A DNA stretch of 64,000 bases from a virus, in IMG/VR virus record IMGVR_UViG_3300020419_000005, one strand, 5' to 3'. This document shows, in pieces, positions 46,763 through 56,564 of this stretch. The position numbers and the translations under genes are program-made. How positions within the stretch are numbered: position 1 is the first letter of the stretch; each line of letters opens with the position of its first letter. The notes under the pieces were generated by a model that was not told where the DNA came from, searched no databases, and was given only the letters and a program-made list of their open reading frames with translations.

Positions 46763-47571
46763 TTCTTTTTGTGGTAATTGATTGCTTTCATAGCACGAGA
46801 AATACGACCTTGAACATTGTCGTGTATCATATACTCGGCATTGATTGAGTAATTAAAAGCGTGTTCTAAATCCCAATCTTTATCAGTCGCATTATCGACT
46901 GACATATCATACCACCCTTTCTCTAAGTAAATACGTGGTATAGGTATATATTGTGCCAAAGGAGTACCCGCTTTCACAAGTGTTCCATCTTTGCCACTAT
47001 CCATAACGTGCCATTGTAATTGCACGTTGACTTGCATAGCATATCTAGGATCAAAGATCCCAGTTACAGCAGTAAAACGATCTTCATTATTCCAATGAAC
47101 GTGTTGTTGTAATAGAACAACATCATCACTAGATGTCAGTCGCCAAGGTGTTTCCACCTTTATGATATGTGCAAGTGTATCTCGTGGACTGTCAATGAGT
47201 GGTATGACCTGTTCTGGTGCGTGATTACTAATGTAATTAGTGTGTCTTGAGAATCTGCCAGGGGTCTCCCAAGTAAAAGATGCACCATCACCATTTGTGA
47301 TAATATGGAAATCCATAGGTGCAACAACTACCCATCCCATTCTCGCAATCTGCTTGATACCAGGGCAGTTTGAACTATTTTGTGTTCCTTGAAACGGGCA
47401 TTTCTTGTCCTTTGTTTCTTTTTCTTGCCAAGCACGTTTAATCTTAGATGTTGGCATAACTGGATAACATTCTGCTAATCCAGGCTCTAGACTGTGAAAC
47501 CTGACCCAAGGTTTTGGTTCTTTTTTCTTTTTCTTTTTAAATAAGTTCAGCACGTAATTCATCTCCTCCAT
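46759..47571 (-). CDS. Conserved phage protein (CPGI...GTPLAQYIP family, dUTPase-like beta fold suspected)
   Basis: CPGI, K.ETPW and KAGTPLAQYIP motifs; start uncertain. Confidence 0.6.
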   Translation of the reverse strand: MEEMNYVLNLFKKKKKKEPKPWVRFHSLEPGLAECYPVMPTSKIKRAWQEKETKDKKCPFQGTQNSSNCPGIKQIARMGWVVVAPMDFHIITNGDGASFTWETPGRFSRHTNYISNHAPEQVIPLIDSPRDTLAHIIKVETPWRLTSSDDVVLLQQHVHWNNEDRFTAVTGIFDPRYAMQVNVQLQWHVMDSGKDGTLVKAGTPLAQYIPIPRIYLEKGWYDMSVDNATDKDWDLEHAFNYSINAEYMIHDNVQGRISRAMKAINYHKKK

Positions 47572-49177
47572 AAATGTAGTCTCTCAAGTATTCATAATGT
47601 GTAGGGCAGTCATCACTTTCAACAAAGTCGTTAACTTCCTTTGCATATTTGAGATGAGCGTTCTCTATAAATGTAAACTCATCAGAATCACGTTCAGTCA
47701 ACCAATCTCGACCTAACATCATTCCTTGACCTGCTGCTATGTAGTTCATACCGTTCATATTCACATCCATAGTTTGATCTAAATCTAATGATGATCCAAG
47801 TCTTTCGTAGTTATCATTGACTCTGACTATACCATCAAACTGTTCTACTATATACTCGTTTCTTTGTGAACACCACCTCCAATAAGGATTGTCTGTTCTC
47901 ATTGATAGAGCATAGTGCATAGCAACAAACTTACTAAATCCAATTACTTCACGTTGTGCAGCGTAGTTGTACCAGTTTCTTTCTATTTGTGTTACATATC
48001 CTTTTCTTCTTGCTAATACATCAACCAGTCTGAGTATATTTTCGTGTGTTGTTAACAGTCCCGTTGACTCTAATGGTTCAACAAATCCGTATGACAGTCC
48101 TATACCAACCACATTTAAGTTCCACGCTTTTTCGTGATACCCGTGTTTTATATCAATAGTTCCAACTTCATATTTGTCAGGAGGTACATTATATCTTTCT
48201 TCTATCCACGTTTCAAACTCTGTCCTAGTCTCTGTTTCCATTGCAAAACGTGATGACCAACAATATCCAACACCAATTCTATTCCATAATGGTATTGACC
48301 ACATCCACCCGTTGTCCGCTGCTTTACAGTCAGTTACGTTGTGCATATCTTTTTCTCTGTCCTCTTGAGTTAGATATGGTATGCGTGCAAAAAATGCTTT
48401 ATCGTTTGCTAAATCTGGGAATTTAAGGAACCTAGTACCCATATATTCTTCTAATAGGACTGACTTGAACCCTGTACAGTCAATAAACAAGTCTCCAACT
48501 ACACCTACAGTCCTCTTATCTTCATTTAATCTGACTGCTAACTGTTTAATATATCTGTTTGAGACTGCGGGTGAACCACCTGCATTTATATCTTTTACCG
48601 ATCCCCTGACTTCACCTCTAATATGTGTAAATCTATCATCAAAGTTATCACAATACTCATCCCTTAGATACTCTGCAAACTTTTCAGCATCTAAATGATA
48701 TGCAACGTCAGTTAACCAATTAAAGTTTCTCCATCTATTATCTTTATTATCCCATTGCTTATTATGTTTTACTAATGCACAATTTTCTTTATTAAAGAAC
48801 TCTGCAAACGACTCTGGAGGATATTCTTCTGGGTTCATCCTTGCAAGATCAAACCAATCTTTCATACCTTCTATAGTATCAGCATAATCAAACTTACCAA
48901 ATGGATATTGAAATACTGTTCCTTTCTCTCTAAAATCTGTAAACTGAATACTGTTCTTATATGTTGCATTACACTTAGGCATCCAATCCTTATCTTCTAG
49001 ACCTAGTGCTTTTAAATACTTATTAAAGTGTCCTAATGTAGATTCTCCTACACCAACTGTAGGTTTATCTGATTCAATAAGAATTACATTTGTCCACGGG
49101 CATAATTTTAGCAATGCAGCAGCAGTCATCCAACCTGATGAACCACCACCTACAATAACAACGTTTTCAACTTTCAT
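47537..49177 (-). CDS. Flavin-dependent (tryptophan halogenase family) halogenase
   Basis: GGGSSG, GVGEST, ATYK (catalytic Lys), FIDCTGF, WMWSIP, FVEPLESTG. Confidence 0.92.
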   Translation of the reverse strand: MKVENVVIVGGGSSGWMTAAALLKLCPWTNVILIESDKPTVGVGESTLGHFNKYLKALGLEDKDWMPKCNATYKNSIQFTDFREKGTVFQYPFGKFDYADTIEGMKDWFDLARMNPEEYPPESFAEFFNKENCALVKHNKQWDNKDNRWRNFNWLTDVAYHLDAEKFAEYLRDEYCDNFDDRFTHIRGEVRGSVKDINAGGSPAVSNRYIKQLAVRLNEDKRTVGVVGDLFIDCTGFKSVLLEEYMGTRFLKFPDLANDKAFFARIPYLTQEDREKDMHNVTDCKAADNGWMWSIPLWNRIGVGYCWSSRFAMETETRTEFETWIEERYNVPPDKYEVGTIDIKHGYHEKAWNLNVVGIGLSYGFVEPLESTGLLTTHENILRLVDVLARRKGYVTQIERNWYNYAAQREVIGFSKFVAMHYALSMRTDNPYWRWCSQRNEYIVEQFDGIVRVNDNYERLGSSLDLDQTMDVNMNGMNYIAAGQGMMLGRDWLTERDSDEFTFIENAHLKYAKEVNDFVESDDCPTHYEYLRDYIYGGDELRAELI

Positions 49178-49180
49178 TAA

Positions 49181-50665
49181 TTAATTCCCTTGTTCATTAT
49201 ATAGGTGTTTTTTATAGTATTCGTATGGGTTCGGGTATCTTCCCAAAGTCTGATCCATAAAGGTTCTTCTTAGGATCGGTTCTTCAAAATCTGGTATCTG
49301 ATAACCATTTCTTGTAGATAACATTTCATAATGTTCTGGCATTATATCATATTCATAACCTCCTAGCAAGTATGCTTCACCCTCTGAAATACAGTTGATT
49401 GCTTGTATTTCCTCCCAATCACGTGTAAGTAAATTAGGAAACTCACCGTTAGAATCCATACTTGTATAATGTTTCCAAAATGGTGTATCATCCCGATACC
49501 CCATAGTATAGTGTTTAACAACAAAATCTCTAAATGATGTGAATTTACTATTTACTGAATAGTTAAACTGCTCACGTTGAAATCCATTCCATTGATTAGA
49601 TGCTGTAGGTAACACTTGTATGAGTTTAAATAGGAATTCGTGTACTGAATATAGTCCTCCAGACTCTAATGGTTCTATAAAACCTGCACTTAAACCAATA
49701 CTTACTACATTATGTGACCAGACTTTCTCTCTAATCCCTGTTGGCCACTTGAGTAACCTAAACATATTCTCTGGTATATCTACTCCTAAATGCTCTTTAA
49801 ACTCTACAAGTGCATCTTCATCCGTGATGTATTGTGAGCAAAAATTATATCCTGTCCCTATTCTTTCCCACGTTGGTACTTTCCATACCCATCCTGCACT
49901 CAATCCAGTGCATTCTGTATATGGTTTCATTTCTGTTTTCTTATCTGTATATGGTTTTCTTACTGCCCAAGTTGAATCATTTTTTAATAGGGTACTCCAA
50001 TCGTTCCACTTAACGTTTAGATGGTTCATTAATAATGCACTGAAACCAGTACAATCTATGAAGAGATCACCATCAACGTACCGATCGTCACTGCCAAGGA
50101 AAACTCTGCTAACCCCATCCACGCAGGATTGAATGTCAGTGACTTTACCTTTAATGTGTCTAACACCTTTAGGAATTGCATAATAGTTTTTGAGATAGTC
50201 TCCAAATAGTAGTGCGTCAACGTGATACCCAACAAATCTTTCCAAAAATGGAGGATATAGACGGTTATCTTCAATAGGGTCGATTATATCTGAGAATACC
50301 CTACAAAAGGTCATACTGTCAATGTTTCTACCACGTCTCCAATTATAATACTCGGTCAGAGGTATATCCGTGCCTCTTGGACCAAATGGATAATGGAATG
50401 AACCGTTTGTGTTGAAGTCAGTAAACTTGACGCTATGTTTATATGTGGCATTACAAGGTGGCATCCAGTCTTCGTCTTTGAGACCGAGATACCGTATAAA
50501 GGTATTAAAAAACTGTGTCGTGCTTTCTCCGATTCCGATTCGTGGAATGTCTGCTTCGACAACAGTTATTTCTTTACCAGTTCCTTCAAAATGTCTTGAC
50601 AACATACTTGCTGTCATCCACCCTGCACTACCACCTCCGATAATGCAGATCCTATCTAACTTCAT
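49181..50665 (-). CDS. Flavin-dependent (tryptophan halogenase family) halogenase
   Basis: GGGSAG, GIGEST, ATYK, FIDCTGF, WVWKVP, FIEPLESGG. Confidence 0.92.
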   Translation of the reverse strand: MKLDRICIIGGGSAGWMTASMLSRHFEGTGKEITVVEADIPRIGIGESTTQFFNTFIRYLGLKDEDWMPPCNATYKHSVKFTDFNTNGSFHYPFGPRGTDIPLTEYYNWRRGRNIDSMTFCRVFSDIIDPIEDNRLYPPFLERFVGYHVDALLFGDYLKNYYAIPKGVRHIKGKVTDIQSCVDGVSRVFLGSDDRYVDGDLFIDCTGFSALLMNHLNVKWNDWSTLLKNDSTWAVRKPYTDKKTEMKPYTECTGLSAGWVWKVPTWERIGTGYNFCSQYITDEDALVEFKEHLGVDIPENMFRLLKWPTGIREKVWSHNVVSIGLSAGFIEPLESGGLYSVHEFLFKLIQVLPTASNQWNGFQREQFNYSVNSKFTSFRDFVVKHYTMGYRDDTPFWKHYTSMDSNGEFPNLLTRDWEEIQAINCISEGEAYLLGGYEYDIMPEHYEMLSTRNGYQIPDFEEPILRRTFMDQTLGRYPNPYEYYKKHLYNEQGN

Positions 50666-50703
50666 ATGTCAGTAGTTTGTACTACTAATTATAACACTTT
50701 TTC

Positions 50704-51231
50704 TTATACAGATCCAAGTTCATCATATGCACCACCCCAGTTGGAATATCTTTCCCAACAAGGTACATCTGGCGTTGATAATTTACAAGGTCTGTTGACA
50801 CTTGGTTCAGCAGCATCACTCATAAACTCTGCTATTTCCTCTTCTGTCATTGTGGGGTCCATCATTTCATCAACTGATGAAGGTGATGTAGTTGCTGCCT
50901 TGACTCCCTTGATATGGTTAAACCACGTTGCATCTGATGCACCTAAGTCTTTACCTGCCAGTATGTCTTTGTAGAGCATATCTAATTGCTCTCCAATTTC
51001 ACCATACGCTACAATTCTTGCAGTTGCAGGGTCTGTATATGATTCTGTTCTTTCTATCCATACCATATCAGCAGCGGTAGGACTCCATTCTAGTGTCCAC
51101 GCTTTTGTTATGTTGTCTGGTGCGTTTACCCACATTTGTGAACAACCTCTACCAAAGAATAGTGTGTATTCTTCCCCAGGTTCTACAATGTCAGCAACGT
51201 AACCAGTAGAATCCATTAATGCTTTTTTCAT
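50704..51231 (-). CDS. Putative tail-fibre assembly chaperone
   Basis: AYG.IGEQLDMLYKDI...WF.HI..VK motif, seen downstream of marine phage fibre genes; follows the Gly-rich gene. Confidence 0.55.
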   Translation of the reverse strand: MKKALMDSTGYVADIVEPGEEYTLFFGRGCSQMWVNAPDNITKAWTLEWSPTAADMVWIERTESYTDPATARIVAYGEIGEQLDMLYKDILAGKDLGASDATWFNHIKGVKAATTSPSSVDEMMDPTMTEEEIAEFMSDAAEPSVNRPCKLSTPDVPCWERYSNWGGAYDELGSV

Positions 51232-51240
51232 AGTAATCTC

Positions 51241-52041
51241 CTACTTGTAGTTGATAACAGTAACAACACCATACTTACCATTGGAACCTCTGAATGAGTG
51301 GAAGTGTCCACCTGACCCACCTGCTCCGTATGCTGCGTGATCTTCGTGGTTATGTGAGAAGTTACCACCATTTGGCCAACCTCCTGATACAGCACCACCA
51401 AAGTGAGAAGAACCTCCGACTCCTCCACCACCACCGTGGTGTGATTGTCCTCCTCCACCCCAAACATTGAGGTCTCCACCAGAACCATTACGTCCTAGTC
51501 CACCTGAGTGTTGGTTATTTCTATTAGCACCGTGTCCACCACCTGCTGATAGATAAGGTCCGAATGATGATGAACCACCATCTCCACCGTGTCCGAAGTA
51601 CCAAGTACCTCCTCCACCACCACCAACTGTAATACCAACTGATGATATGTTTACTACATTTAATACTCGTTCTGAATATCCACCTGACGCTCCTGATTCT
51701 CCGTGACCTGACGCTCCACCGCCACCACCTTGAACTCTGATATGTATGTATTTAACACCACTTGGTCTGTTCCAAGTTCCGTTACCTGTCCATACTTGTA
51801 AGGATGAAATGTTTTCTGAACTAACATCTGTCCAACTCATTGTTGAACCGTTTGTAGTTAAGAATTTACCGTTTTGACCACTAACAGACGGTACGATCTG
51901 ACTGGATGAACCAGACATCGTTCCGTTTATAGTGATATTGCTAACTGTCAAGTTTCCGTTAGCAGTGATGTTACCTGAAGCAAGTGAAAAACCACCAATG
52001 CCAGACAGGTCTTTAATAGATGCAACTTTTAGGGTACTCAT
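51241..52041 (-). CDS. Glycine-rich tail-fibre/adhesin-like protein, His-rich C-domain
   Basis: WTGNGTW.RPSGV..I.IRVQGGGGG glycine-rich domain; 13 His residues; late promoter. Confidence 0.7.
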   Translation of the reverse strand: MSTLKVASIKDLSGIGGFSLASGNITANGNLTVSNITINGTMSGSSSQIVPSVSGQNGKFLTTNGSTMSWTDVSSENISSLQVWTGNGTWNRPSGVKYIHIRVQGGGGGASGHGESGASGGYSERVLNVVNISSVGITVGGGGGGTWYFGHGGDGGSSSFGPYLSAGGGHGANRNNQHSGGLGRNGSGGDLNVWGGGGQSHHGGGGGVGGSSHFGGAVSGGWPNGGNFSHNHEDHAAYGAGGSGGHFHSFRGSNGKYGVVTVINYK

Positions 52042-52065
52042 TTTGCCTGTTAATTTTCCTAATGT

Positions 52066-52073
52066 TATTTATA
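52066..52073 (-). promoter_or_regulatory. T4-type late promoter TATAAATA
   Basis: Exact consensus, 24 nt upstream of the ATG at 52041. Confidence 0.7.
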
Positions 52074-52084
52074 CCTTGAAGCGG

Positions 52085-52939
52085 TTAACTATAGTTATGC
52101 ACGTGTATAAGCACGAGATAAGGATTGCCAGTTCCAGGAATTTCGTGGTTATGAATTGAAATATCTGCTCTTTGCATTACTCCACTTGCTCCACTACCAT
52201 TGCTATAAAACACGTTACAACCGTAACCGTTTACAGTCCACCCAGTAGGTGTACCTGTACCACCCTCAAAACGGGTATATACCTGCATTAAGGTTGCTTT
52301 TAATGTGTTATCAACTGGTGCATTTGATAAGTTAATGGTAAAGTTACCACCACCTGTCTTTCTAATAAAAATATTACCACTATCGTTCCAGTTATGGTTT
52401 ACCGTACCAGATGTCTGATAATAGTAAATATGTTCCTGTAAACCTGCGTGTGATAATGTTCCAGTAAATGTACCGTGACCAGATTCTATATCTTGGAATT
52501 GTGCAAAAGACAAATCATCGTCACCGATCATAGTCCAAGTTGCACCTGTCTCAATGGTTACAGTATATCCGTTATCAATCTGTATCGGACCTGCTGAAAA
52601 ACCGTTAGAAAACTCTACACCACCATTGAATGTAGGTCCAACAGTAATATTTTCTTGTATATTAGGTCCGTTAGTTCTAATAATTGAGTTTTCACCAACA
52701 GAAGGACCACCACCACCTACATCATCCCAACCTGGGTTTCCTGCATTGGCATCCTGTAGATAAATCTGTGCTTGGTCTTCAGTCGTGTTATAGACCAAAG
52801 TACCATAAGCAGGTGTACCAAGTGCATTAATCTGCGATTGGTTCAACGGTGGAAGATTTAACTGTTCTGATATAGACCAAGCAGTTACAAGACCTCTTGT
52901 ACTTGCCTGTATCTGATTACCATTAATCTTTGTGGTCAT
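52085..52939 (-). CDS. Tail-fibre-like virion protein
   Basis: GTLVYNTT and GPS.GENSIIRTN...I.ENITV...NG.SAGPI.I..G.TVTI motifs of cyanophage fibres; CTAAATA upstream. Confidence 0.7.
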   Translation of the reverse strand: MTTKINGNQIQASTRGLVTAWSISEQLNLPPLNQSQINALGTPAYGTLVYNTTEDQAQIYLQDANAGNPGWDDVGGGGPSVGENSIIRTNGPNIQENITVGPTFNGGVEFSNGFSAGPIQIDNGYTVTIETGATWTMIGDDDLSFAQFQDIESGHGTFTGTLSHAGLQEHIYYYQTSGTVNHNWNDSGNIFIRKTGGGNFTINLSNAPVDNTLKATLMQVYTRFEGGTGTPTGWTVNGYGCNVFYSNGSGASGVMQRADISIHNHEIPGTGNPYLVLIHVHNYS

Positions 52940-52963
52940 AGTGTTCTACAGTCCTAATACTAT

Positions 52964-55900
52964 TTAGATAACAAGTTCCCTGATTTGGATAGTATCATTT
53001 TGTTGCGGTGCTGAACTGATACTAAAGTCAACTGCATTACCAGTAACTGTGTAGTCTACACCTGGGATTTGGGCAACACCATTTAAGAATACAAGAACAG
53101 AATATGCTGTGTGACCTGCTGATATTGCAAACGAAGTTGTAGATCCATTACCTGAGTATGTAACACCGTTATTATTATTAGTAATACCAGTTGCTAATCT
53201 ATACTTGTCAGCAGCACCATAAGTTCCAGTAACATCTAAGTTACCATCAAGGAATGTATTACCTAATATCTTCATCCTATTGGATGCGTCAGGCATTGTA
53301 CCTATACCATAGTGTGTAACGTTACTAAATCTTCTTGCTTTTATTGGCGTGGTGTCAGTCATACCAAACTGATACCAAACTCCTGCCTGATACATCCAAC
53401 CCATTGAGTCACCTGCTACCCAATCAATATTGTATATAATATCTCCGTCATTAAATGCAAGTGTAGCATCAATATCTGGTTGACCTGATCCATCATCCTC
53501 TGCTAAGAATGTCTGTCTAAGAACTGTACCATCATCATTTGAGTATGTAAGTCTTAGAGTCTGAATATTCTCCTGAGAAGTAATTCTCTTCTGGAAAGTA
53601 ACAGGACCTGAGAATACAGATTCTAACTGGTTAGATGCTCCACCAATTACAGTCAGTTTATCAGTCAGAACAACCTCAGAGAATGTCTGAATGGTTGTAT
53701 TTTCTTCACCCAATACGTTAAGTTGAGCAATATCCTCGTTTGTGATCTGACCTGTAACTGGGTTGATAACTTGGTTTCCAACGAACAGTTCACCATCAGA
53801 GTTAACACCAGAGTAGTATGCAACACCCGCTGCTTCTTTCAACGACTGTGACAGTCTGACTTGTGCAGGGGATAAAACTTCTACCTGAGTTGACGGGAAC
53901 GCTGTTGAATAATTTCCTGGTCCGAAACCTAGGTACTCAAAAGTATGACCTGACGCTCTAAGAATAGAATAACGTCTAAGTTCACATAATATAGGTGCTA
54001 CTGAGTTATCTGCATTTAGTTTCAGTGCAATCTTTCTTTCTTCTTCATCACCAAGACGTGATGTAACAACAATACTGTTCAATGTATTTGCTGTAGTATT
54101 ATATCCTAAGTTATTCTCTTGCTCTAGTAAGAAGAACTGTGTAGTTTCTTTTGTAATTGATAGTTGCTTATCTTCATTTGGATTTGGTGAAGCACCATCT
54201 GTTGTTGTTACCTTACCAAGAATTTCATTATCTGCTACTGAAATAGCAGGTCCTGGGTCTGCAAGTGGATTATCTCTATCAAATGTAGGATACACATCAA
54301 CAGTCTGCTGTGAGAAAGCAAAGTTATCAAAGTTTGATGTTGCAGGTGATACACTAGCATTAAGTATAGTTAGGTAATAGATACCATCAGCGACACCACG
54401 TTCAAACTCTTGGAATGTCTCAACTTCAAAGATATAATATGTCTTATCATATGCAGGAGAGTTAGTCTCAGATGATCTAGGTTGTATGACGAAACCAGTA
54501 ATAGGAGTTCTAGGAACTGGGAACGCATCCTTGTCTAGTACATATCTAAATCTGTAGATTCTATCCTTAAGGTCTCTTGCATCGGGGATTCTTCTAATGA
54601 ATGTAGTAGGTGTAAATCCTAAGTTATTGTACTGACTGTTTGCAATTAGAGTTGTGTAAATATCATTATTTGCTGAGTCAACCTGTATGTACCAGTTAGA
54701 TTGGTTGGTATCATATTTAATTGGGTTTGCATCATCACCTGGGGATGTACTTGTAACTTCTTTTCCAGAAGGATCAATCTTTGCTGTATGTGTTGTAGGA
54801 GCAGATGCACCCGCTGCAACTAATAGTACATTAATCTTATCAGGTAATGTAGGTGAATCTTTTCTCGCACCTATTGTATAACCCTGTATCTTTGAAGGTG
54901 GTTTACCATTTTGATTGGTGTAACCATAGAGATATAATTTTGTGGGATCTGCTGCTGCTTTTATCTTTTGAATATCTAATGTAACCCAGTTGATTGATAC
55001 TTCTGCAATATCTTCTAGTGATTTAGGTGGTATAACGTGTGTTATCTGCCCTGCTTTATCTTTTGTAAATGATGCTGACTTAAATCCTTTTGATCTTAGT
55101 GATGTATTACCAAAGTTTGAGTTAGAGTTGGTAATTGATAAGTCACCGCCACTCTCTGAGAAGAAGTGATCTCCAAATCCAACAGCGAAAACAGAAACGA
55201 CCTGTATGAATGAGTCATTAGATGCGTGGATGTGAACGTGTCGCCAACCTTTTCTATACTTTGCTAGACCATCAATATGTGCACCCGAACCCGCTGCCTG
55301 TGCTTCATAGTTACCAGTTGAAGCATTATACTTAACAAAAGCACGGTCATCTTTCTGTAGAGAGATTCCCGTAAACTGTGCCACAACCATTGATTTGAAA
55401 CCAGTTGCTTGTGAACCATCTGCGTGCATACCATTGATTCCCCAAACTGATCTTAGTGAACAGTTGAATACGTATGGTGATGCAGAGTCAACTGTATCAA
55501 TCTCAACTTTAACCAGTACGTTAGAACCGATAGCATTACCAGTTGGTTCAGAACTCATCTGATATGTAAACTGGTTGCCCTGTGCTGACGTTACAAGGAA
55601 GGATCCGTTATAAAGATTCGCATCTGCCTCAGTTGGACCCGTGACCCCTGAGATATTGACCGCGACCCCGACAGAGAAACCGTGATTAACAGGATTATCT
55701 TGAATGTCAACAGTAAACGCAGTCGCTGTCTGTCCGTTTCTGATGATCTGTGAGACTCTGAATTCATCTGAGATAGGTCCTACAATTCTATTTTCTTCTA
55801 CTCTTGCCTGTAACTGGTCTTGTGCGATAGTACCAGAAGTATCAGGAATTGTTGCATATGCTTTAGAAATCTTCTGATAGTAAAGATCTAGATCATTTCC

Positions 55901-56539
55901 ATTTGCATATTCAAAACAAGTTATTTTATGATGTGAGAAGTTAGGTGCAATGACATCAGTAAGTTCTGGTCTATAATATACACCGTTGTTGTCACCATCA
56001 AAGAATGACATCTGCCAGAAATAGCATCCACCAGTCAGTCTGAATATAGCAGAAGTTCCTGGTTCGTTAGCAGAGGATATACCTAATGACGCTTGTGTTG
56101 TAGGATATGGAACATACTTAGGTACAATTTTTGTACGTCTTAAGTCTGATCCAACAACAGAAACACCCCTTGGGCATATAACTCCACCATTAACAGAGTT
56201 AAATTTATATAAGATGTTATTTGAGGAAGTTAATTCAAAGTTAGAGTTCTCATCAAATGGAGTAATTTCTCCAAATGTTGCAACCCCAGGTCTATTATCA
56301 ATTACATATTCTGAAGGATAAAGATATATACTAAATGCGTCAAATTCGTCATTACTTAAACCAACCCTATATGAAAATCTTGCCACCTCTAAGAACGCAC
56401 GTTGTAACGTTTTAAAAGGTCGTAACGCTGAGTTACCTCGGTTGTCATACGCATCCGACGCATCAAAATCATCAGGGTTGACGTATATAATACGACCAGT
56501 CCTCGATGTGATAATATTTTTGAGACGGGTTAGTGCCAT
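52964..56539 (-). CDS. Cyanophage tail-fibre/beta-helix structural protein (1191 aa)
   Basis: IIYVNPDDFDASD...GNS..RPFKTLQRA, GSDLRRTKI and ASGHTFEYLG.GPGNYSTAFP motifs; CTAAATA upstream. Confidence 0.8.
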   Translation of the reverse strand: MALTRLKNIITSRTGRIIYVNPDDFDASDAYDNRGNSALRPFKTLQRAFLEVARFSYRVGLSNDEFDAFSIYLYPSEYVIDNRPGVATFGEITPFDENSNFELTSSNNILYKFNSVNGGVICPRGVSVVGSDLRRTKIVPKYVPYPTTQASLGISSANEPGTSAIFRLTGGCYFWQMSFFDGDNNGVYYRPELTDVIAPNFSHHKITCFEYANGNDLDLYYQKISKAYATIPDTSGTIAQDQLQARVEENRIVGPISDEFRVSQIIRNGQTATAFTVDIQDNPVNHGFSVGVAVNISGVTGPTEADANLYNGSFLVTSAQGNQFTYQMSSEPTGNAIGSNVLVKVEIDTVDSASPYVFNCSLRSVWGINGMHADGSQATGFKSMVVAQFTGISLQKDDRAFVKYNASTGNYEAQAAGSGAHIDGLAKYRKGWRHVHIHASNDSFIQVVSVFAVGFGDHFFSESGGDLSITNSNSNFGNTSLRSKGFKSASFTKDKAGQITHVIPPKSLEDIAEVSINWVTLDIQKIKAAADPTKLYLYGYTNQNGKPPSKIQGYTIGARKDSPTLPDKINVLLVAAGASAPTTHTAKIDPSGKEVTSTSPGDDANPIKYDTNQSNWYIQVDSANNDIYTTLIANSQYNNLGFTPTTFIRRIPDARDLKDRIYRFRYVLDKDAFPVPRTPITGFVIQPRSSETNSPAYDKTYYIFEVETFQEFERGVADGIYYLTILNASVSPATSNFDNFAFSQQTVDVYPTFDRDNPLADPGPAISVADNEILGKVTTTDGASPNPNEDKQLSITKETTQFFLLEQENNLGYNTTANTLNSIVVTSRLGDEEERKIALKLNADNSVAPILCELRRYSILRASGHTFEYLGFGPGNYSTAFPSTQVEVLSPAQVRLSQSLKEAAGVAYYSGVNSDGELFVGNQVINPVTGQITNEDIAQLNVLGEENTTIQTFSEVVLTDKLTVIGGASNQLESVFSGPVTFQKRITSQENIQTLRLTYSNDDGTVLRQTFLAEDDGSGQPDIDATLAFNDGDIIYNIDWVAGDSMGWMYQAGVWYQFGMTDTTPIKARRFSNVTHYGIGTMPDASNRMKILGNTFLDGNLDVTGTYGAADKYRLATGITNNNNGVTYSGNGSTTSFAISAGHTAYSVLVFLNGVAQIPGVDYTVTGNAVDFSISSAPQQNDTIQIRELVI

Positions 56540-56564
56540 TTAATTTTTATCCCTTAATTACTAT

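Noticed and set aside
49620-50132. 170-aa plus-strand ORF and other antisense ORFs over the halogenases
   Set aside because: Antisense shadows of conserved genes
51241-56539. Diversity-generating retroelement acting on tail fibres
   Set aside because: No reverse transcriptase and no TR/VR pair with adenine-specific mismatches seen
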